Shown here piece by piece: positions 61,171 through 64,000 of a stretch of DNA of 64,000 nucleotides (within the stretch, counting starts at the first letter, position 1; each line of letters opens with the position of its first letter). The DNA lies in the NCBI GenBank assembly GCA_002269645.1, contig NIVC01002604.1, positions 93,381 through 157,380 of the forward strand, given 5' to 3'. Position numbers and translations under genes: made by a program. This DNA comes from Macrostomum lignano. Its lineage: Eukaryota. The notes beneath the pieces were generated by a model. The model did no database searches and had not been told where the DNA came from. It worked only from the letters and a program-made list of their open reading frames with translations.

Positions 61171-61490
61171 CAGACTGGATTCACACATTTCAGACTGAAT
61201 TCACATATTTCAGCCCTAATACACACATTTCAGTCTGAATTCACACAATACAGACTGCATTCACACATTTCAGGCTGGATTCACACATTTCAGACTGAAT
61301 TCACATATTTCAGCCCTAATACACACATTTCAGTCTGGATTCACACAATACAGACTGCATTCACAAATTTCAGGCTGGATTCACACATTTCAGACTGAAT
61401 TCACATATTTCAGCCCTAATACACACATTTCAGTCTGGATTCACACAATACAGACTGCATTCACAAATTTCAGGCTGGATTCACATACAA
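61171..61490. repeat. 20-bp minisatellite with 5-unit (100-bp) higher-order repeat
   Basis: ACTGGATTCACACATTTCAG variants cycle; the CCCTAATAC variant recurs at about 61214, 61314 and 61414. Confidence 0.92.
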
Positions 61491-62461
61491 ATAACTCAAG
61501 ACTGGATTCACACAAATTTAGATGTAACTCGGACTGCATTCACACGGAAAAGACTCCATCTAGATGTACTTGGTTCGATTCAGTGTTCATAGATGTTTGC
61601 CGAGAGAAATAAATCATTATTAATAATGAAGAATGAAAACTTACTTAATAAACAAACTCGCAAAGACAAATTTCACAAATTTCGAAATTATGCTTCAATG
61701 GCACAGTGAATGAAAGCTTTCTTCTGAAATGCTTCTTCAGAGCTCATGCGGGTCAGAAATTGCCGCGTGCATTTTATCAGTTATTATCAGTCTGAGAGAG
61801 CGAATGTTGTACTTGTACATGCATATTAAATGTACACTATTTGGCTAGAGGCCGCAAACCCAAAAATGACATTTTCCTAAAATAAGATTTTTCTACCACA
61901 ACTACTAATAGTAGCATAGAAGTCATTTTAGCTCTATTTTTTTAATTGAAATAATTAGAGCCAGTCATAGAACGAAATTGCACTTCAATATTTGATAAAC
62001 TCACACGCTTGTACAACAGTGAGATTTTGGCTTTTTAATTGTCGTCTATTAACTTTAGTTTAATAAAAAAGCGAGCAACTCACAGTAACAATATATACAC
62101 AAGAGTACATACTAATACAGCATATGAAGTTAGCCAGAAGAATACAAATACACAAAGACATTGTGCTCAGATTCAAAGGAAGAGTTGCAGAGGGTTAGCA
62201 GTATGGTTATAAAGATACGAGTATTAAGGGTTTTCAAGTAACATTTAAAATAAAAAATAACAACCATTGTCATAATGCAGTACCCATACTTTTTTCGCTG
62301 CTATAGTAGTAGCTACGACAGATTGCCTTTGCTATGGTAACCATGATAATAAATTATCTAATATCGAATATGAAATTCGATTGAATACATGTATTTCGCA
62401 TTCAATTAAAATCCATGCTAGAATAGCTGCCTAGATTAATTATTAGCAATTACTAGCAATA

Positions 62462-63093
62462 TTGGTAGCCAAGACAACATCCCCGTTGCTATGGTAGCCA
62501 AGACAACATCCCCGTTGCTATGGTAGCCAAGACAATATTTCCGTTGCTATGGTAGCCAAGGCAACATCCCCGTTGCTATGGTAGCCAAGACAATATTTCC
62601 GTTGCTATGGTAGCCAAGGCAACATCCCCGTTGCTATGGTAGCCAAGACAACATCCCCGTTGCTATGGTAGCCAAGACAACATCCCCGTTGCTATGGTAG
62701 CCAAGGCAACATCCCCGTTGCTATGGTAGCCAAGACAATATTTCCGTTGCTATGGTAGCCAAGGCAACATCCCCGTTGCTATGGTAGCCAAGACAACATC
62801 CCCGTTGCTATGGTAGATAAGTTAAAACTGTATCGCTATAGCAACTGAATCCGAAATAACACCCTGCTGCTATAGGAACCAAATCTAAAAATAACACCCG
62901 AGTTGCTATAGCAACCGAATCCAAAAATAACACCCTGCTGCTATAGCAACCAATCCAAAAATAACACCCGAGTTGCTATAGCAACCAAATCCAAAAATAA
63001 CACCCGAGTTGCTATAGCAACCAAATCCAAAAATAACACCCCAGCTGCGATAGCAACCAAATCCAATATAACACTCCCGTTGCTATAGGAACC
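62462..63093. repeat. Two abutting minisatellites (29 bp x12; about 36 bp x8) built on X-box-like motifs
   Basis: GTTGCTATGGTAG(C) every 29 bp from 62485 to 62804; perfect palindrome GTTGCTATAGCAAC at 62902, 62972 and 63008, plus 5 variants. Confidence 0.95.
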
Positions 63094-63158
63094 GAGGCTA
63101 CTCAGAGCAAAAATAGCATTATTGTTGGAATGCAATGATAAAATCTCCCCAGCAACTG

Positions 63159-63521
63159 TTACGCAGTGTCGTCATCATCCGCAGCCGCACTGTCTGGCCC
63201 CATGGCCAGCTGCTGCTGCTGCTGTTGAGCTTGCACAGTCTCGGCTGTGGATCTCAGATGCCTAACAACCTTAGCCAGCGCCTCCGGATTGACGCCAGCT
63301 TCAATCAGATGCGTGCAAATTCGCAGCTCCTCATAGTGCAGGCCGGTGTTAAGCAGGCGCGACATGTCAAACAAGGCCCGGTAGGCCGCCCCGCTGTTCT
63401 CGTTGCTTCGCGTGCCAGCCACCGCGTCAGAGCCTGACCCAGCCGAGGATGAGGTGGCAGCCCCGTCTGCTGTTCTGCCAGCTCGCCTAGCCAATGAGGA
63501 TGAGTCTGCTTTGCCAGACAT
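63159..63521 (-). CDS. MZT1: Mitotic-spindle organizing protein 1 (MOZART1)
   Basis: LFDMSRLLNTGL..EEL.IC..LIEAGVNPEALAKVVR.LR is the MZT1 core; single exon. Confidence 0.93.
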   Translation of the reverse strand: MSGKADSSSLARRAGRTADGAATSSSAGSGSDAVAGTRSNENSGAAYRALFDMSRLLNTGLHYEELRICTHLIEAGVNPEALAKVVRHLRSTAETVQAQQQQQQLAMGPDSAAADDDDTA

Positions 63522-64000
63522 TTTTTATGTTAATTTAGCGTTTCTCATGCAATAAAATACAAAATCTTGCTATACTGTTGAAATATTTTATAAATATGCT
63601 GGGGTGTCCTTGGTTGTCTTGACCATACATGCCCAACAGCCGGCCAATTCGTTTTGTAGTACTAATTAGATGACGAGGCTTTAAACTTAAATAATACTGT
63701 CCTAGTTACTCCTACCGTTTACCCCAAATTATGCTAATTTTTGCTTTAGGATTTCTTTCATAGGTAAAGTCACATTTTTTGCGTCAAAAAGAAAGTTGCA
63801 CAGCTGGTGAAATTTCAAAGCTGGGCAATGTATGGTCTGGAATTTCATTGCTATGGCTCTATAAAACTTTTGATAAGTTCAATGTGAGAGCCAAATAACT
63901 GAGGTGGCAAATTCAGACCATTATAACTTATATTTGGTATTCATATTCTTAAGATGTTATCTCAACAATTAATAAAATATATGGGAGATGTTTCAAATAC

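Noticed and set aside
18773-63093. CRISPR array interpretation of the many regular repeats
   Set aside because: All are head-to-tail tandem units with no unique spacers, there are no cas genes, and the context is a spliced eukaryotic genome.

Overview
Animal (metazoan) genomic DNA: GC-rich spliced exons, AT-rich TE-laden spacers and minisatellite-filled introns. The architecture suggests a Macrostomum-like flatworm, but the taxon is inference only. Hand-built gene models (GT-AG, phases checked): a 3-exon ATRX-type ADD-domain protein with no helicase (-), TMUB (-), MAP2K4/MKK4 (-, probable 12.8-kb first intron), a 9-exon ARHGAP19-like RhoGAP (+), an intronless low-complexity ORF (-), an intronless 1599-aa TTLL7 (-), RidA with a C-terminal AKL (-) and MZT1 (-), plus two unidentified small-exon candidates. 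Mobile DNA: two decayed long-TIR mariners, a hAT transposase remnant, MITEs, a tRNA-headed CORE/Meta-like SINE and a foldback element carrying TTAGGG repeats. About 25 tandem arrays account for most of the spurious ORFs in the track. Most notable: (1) a RIP-like CpA->TpA substitution bias between paired TE repeats; (2) tandem arrays built from RFX X-box motifs beside MZT1/RidA/TTLL7; (3) a helicase-less ADD gene with a telomere-repeat foldback element in its intron; (4) intron minisatellites that read as YCAY clusters on the sense strand. All family calls come from motif recall, not database searches.
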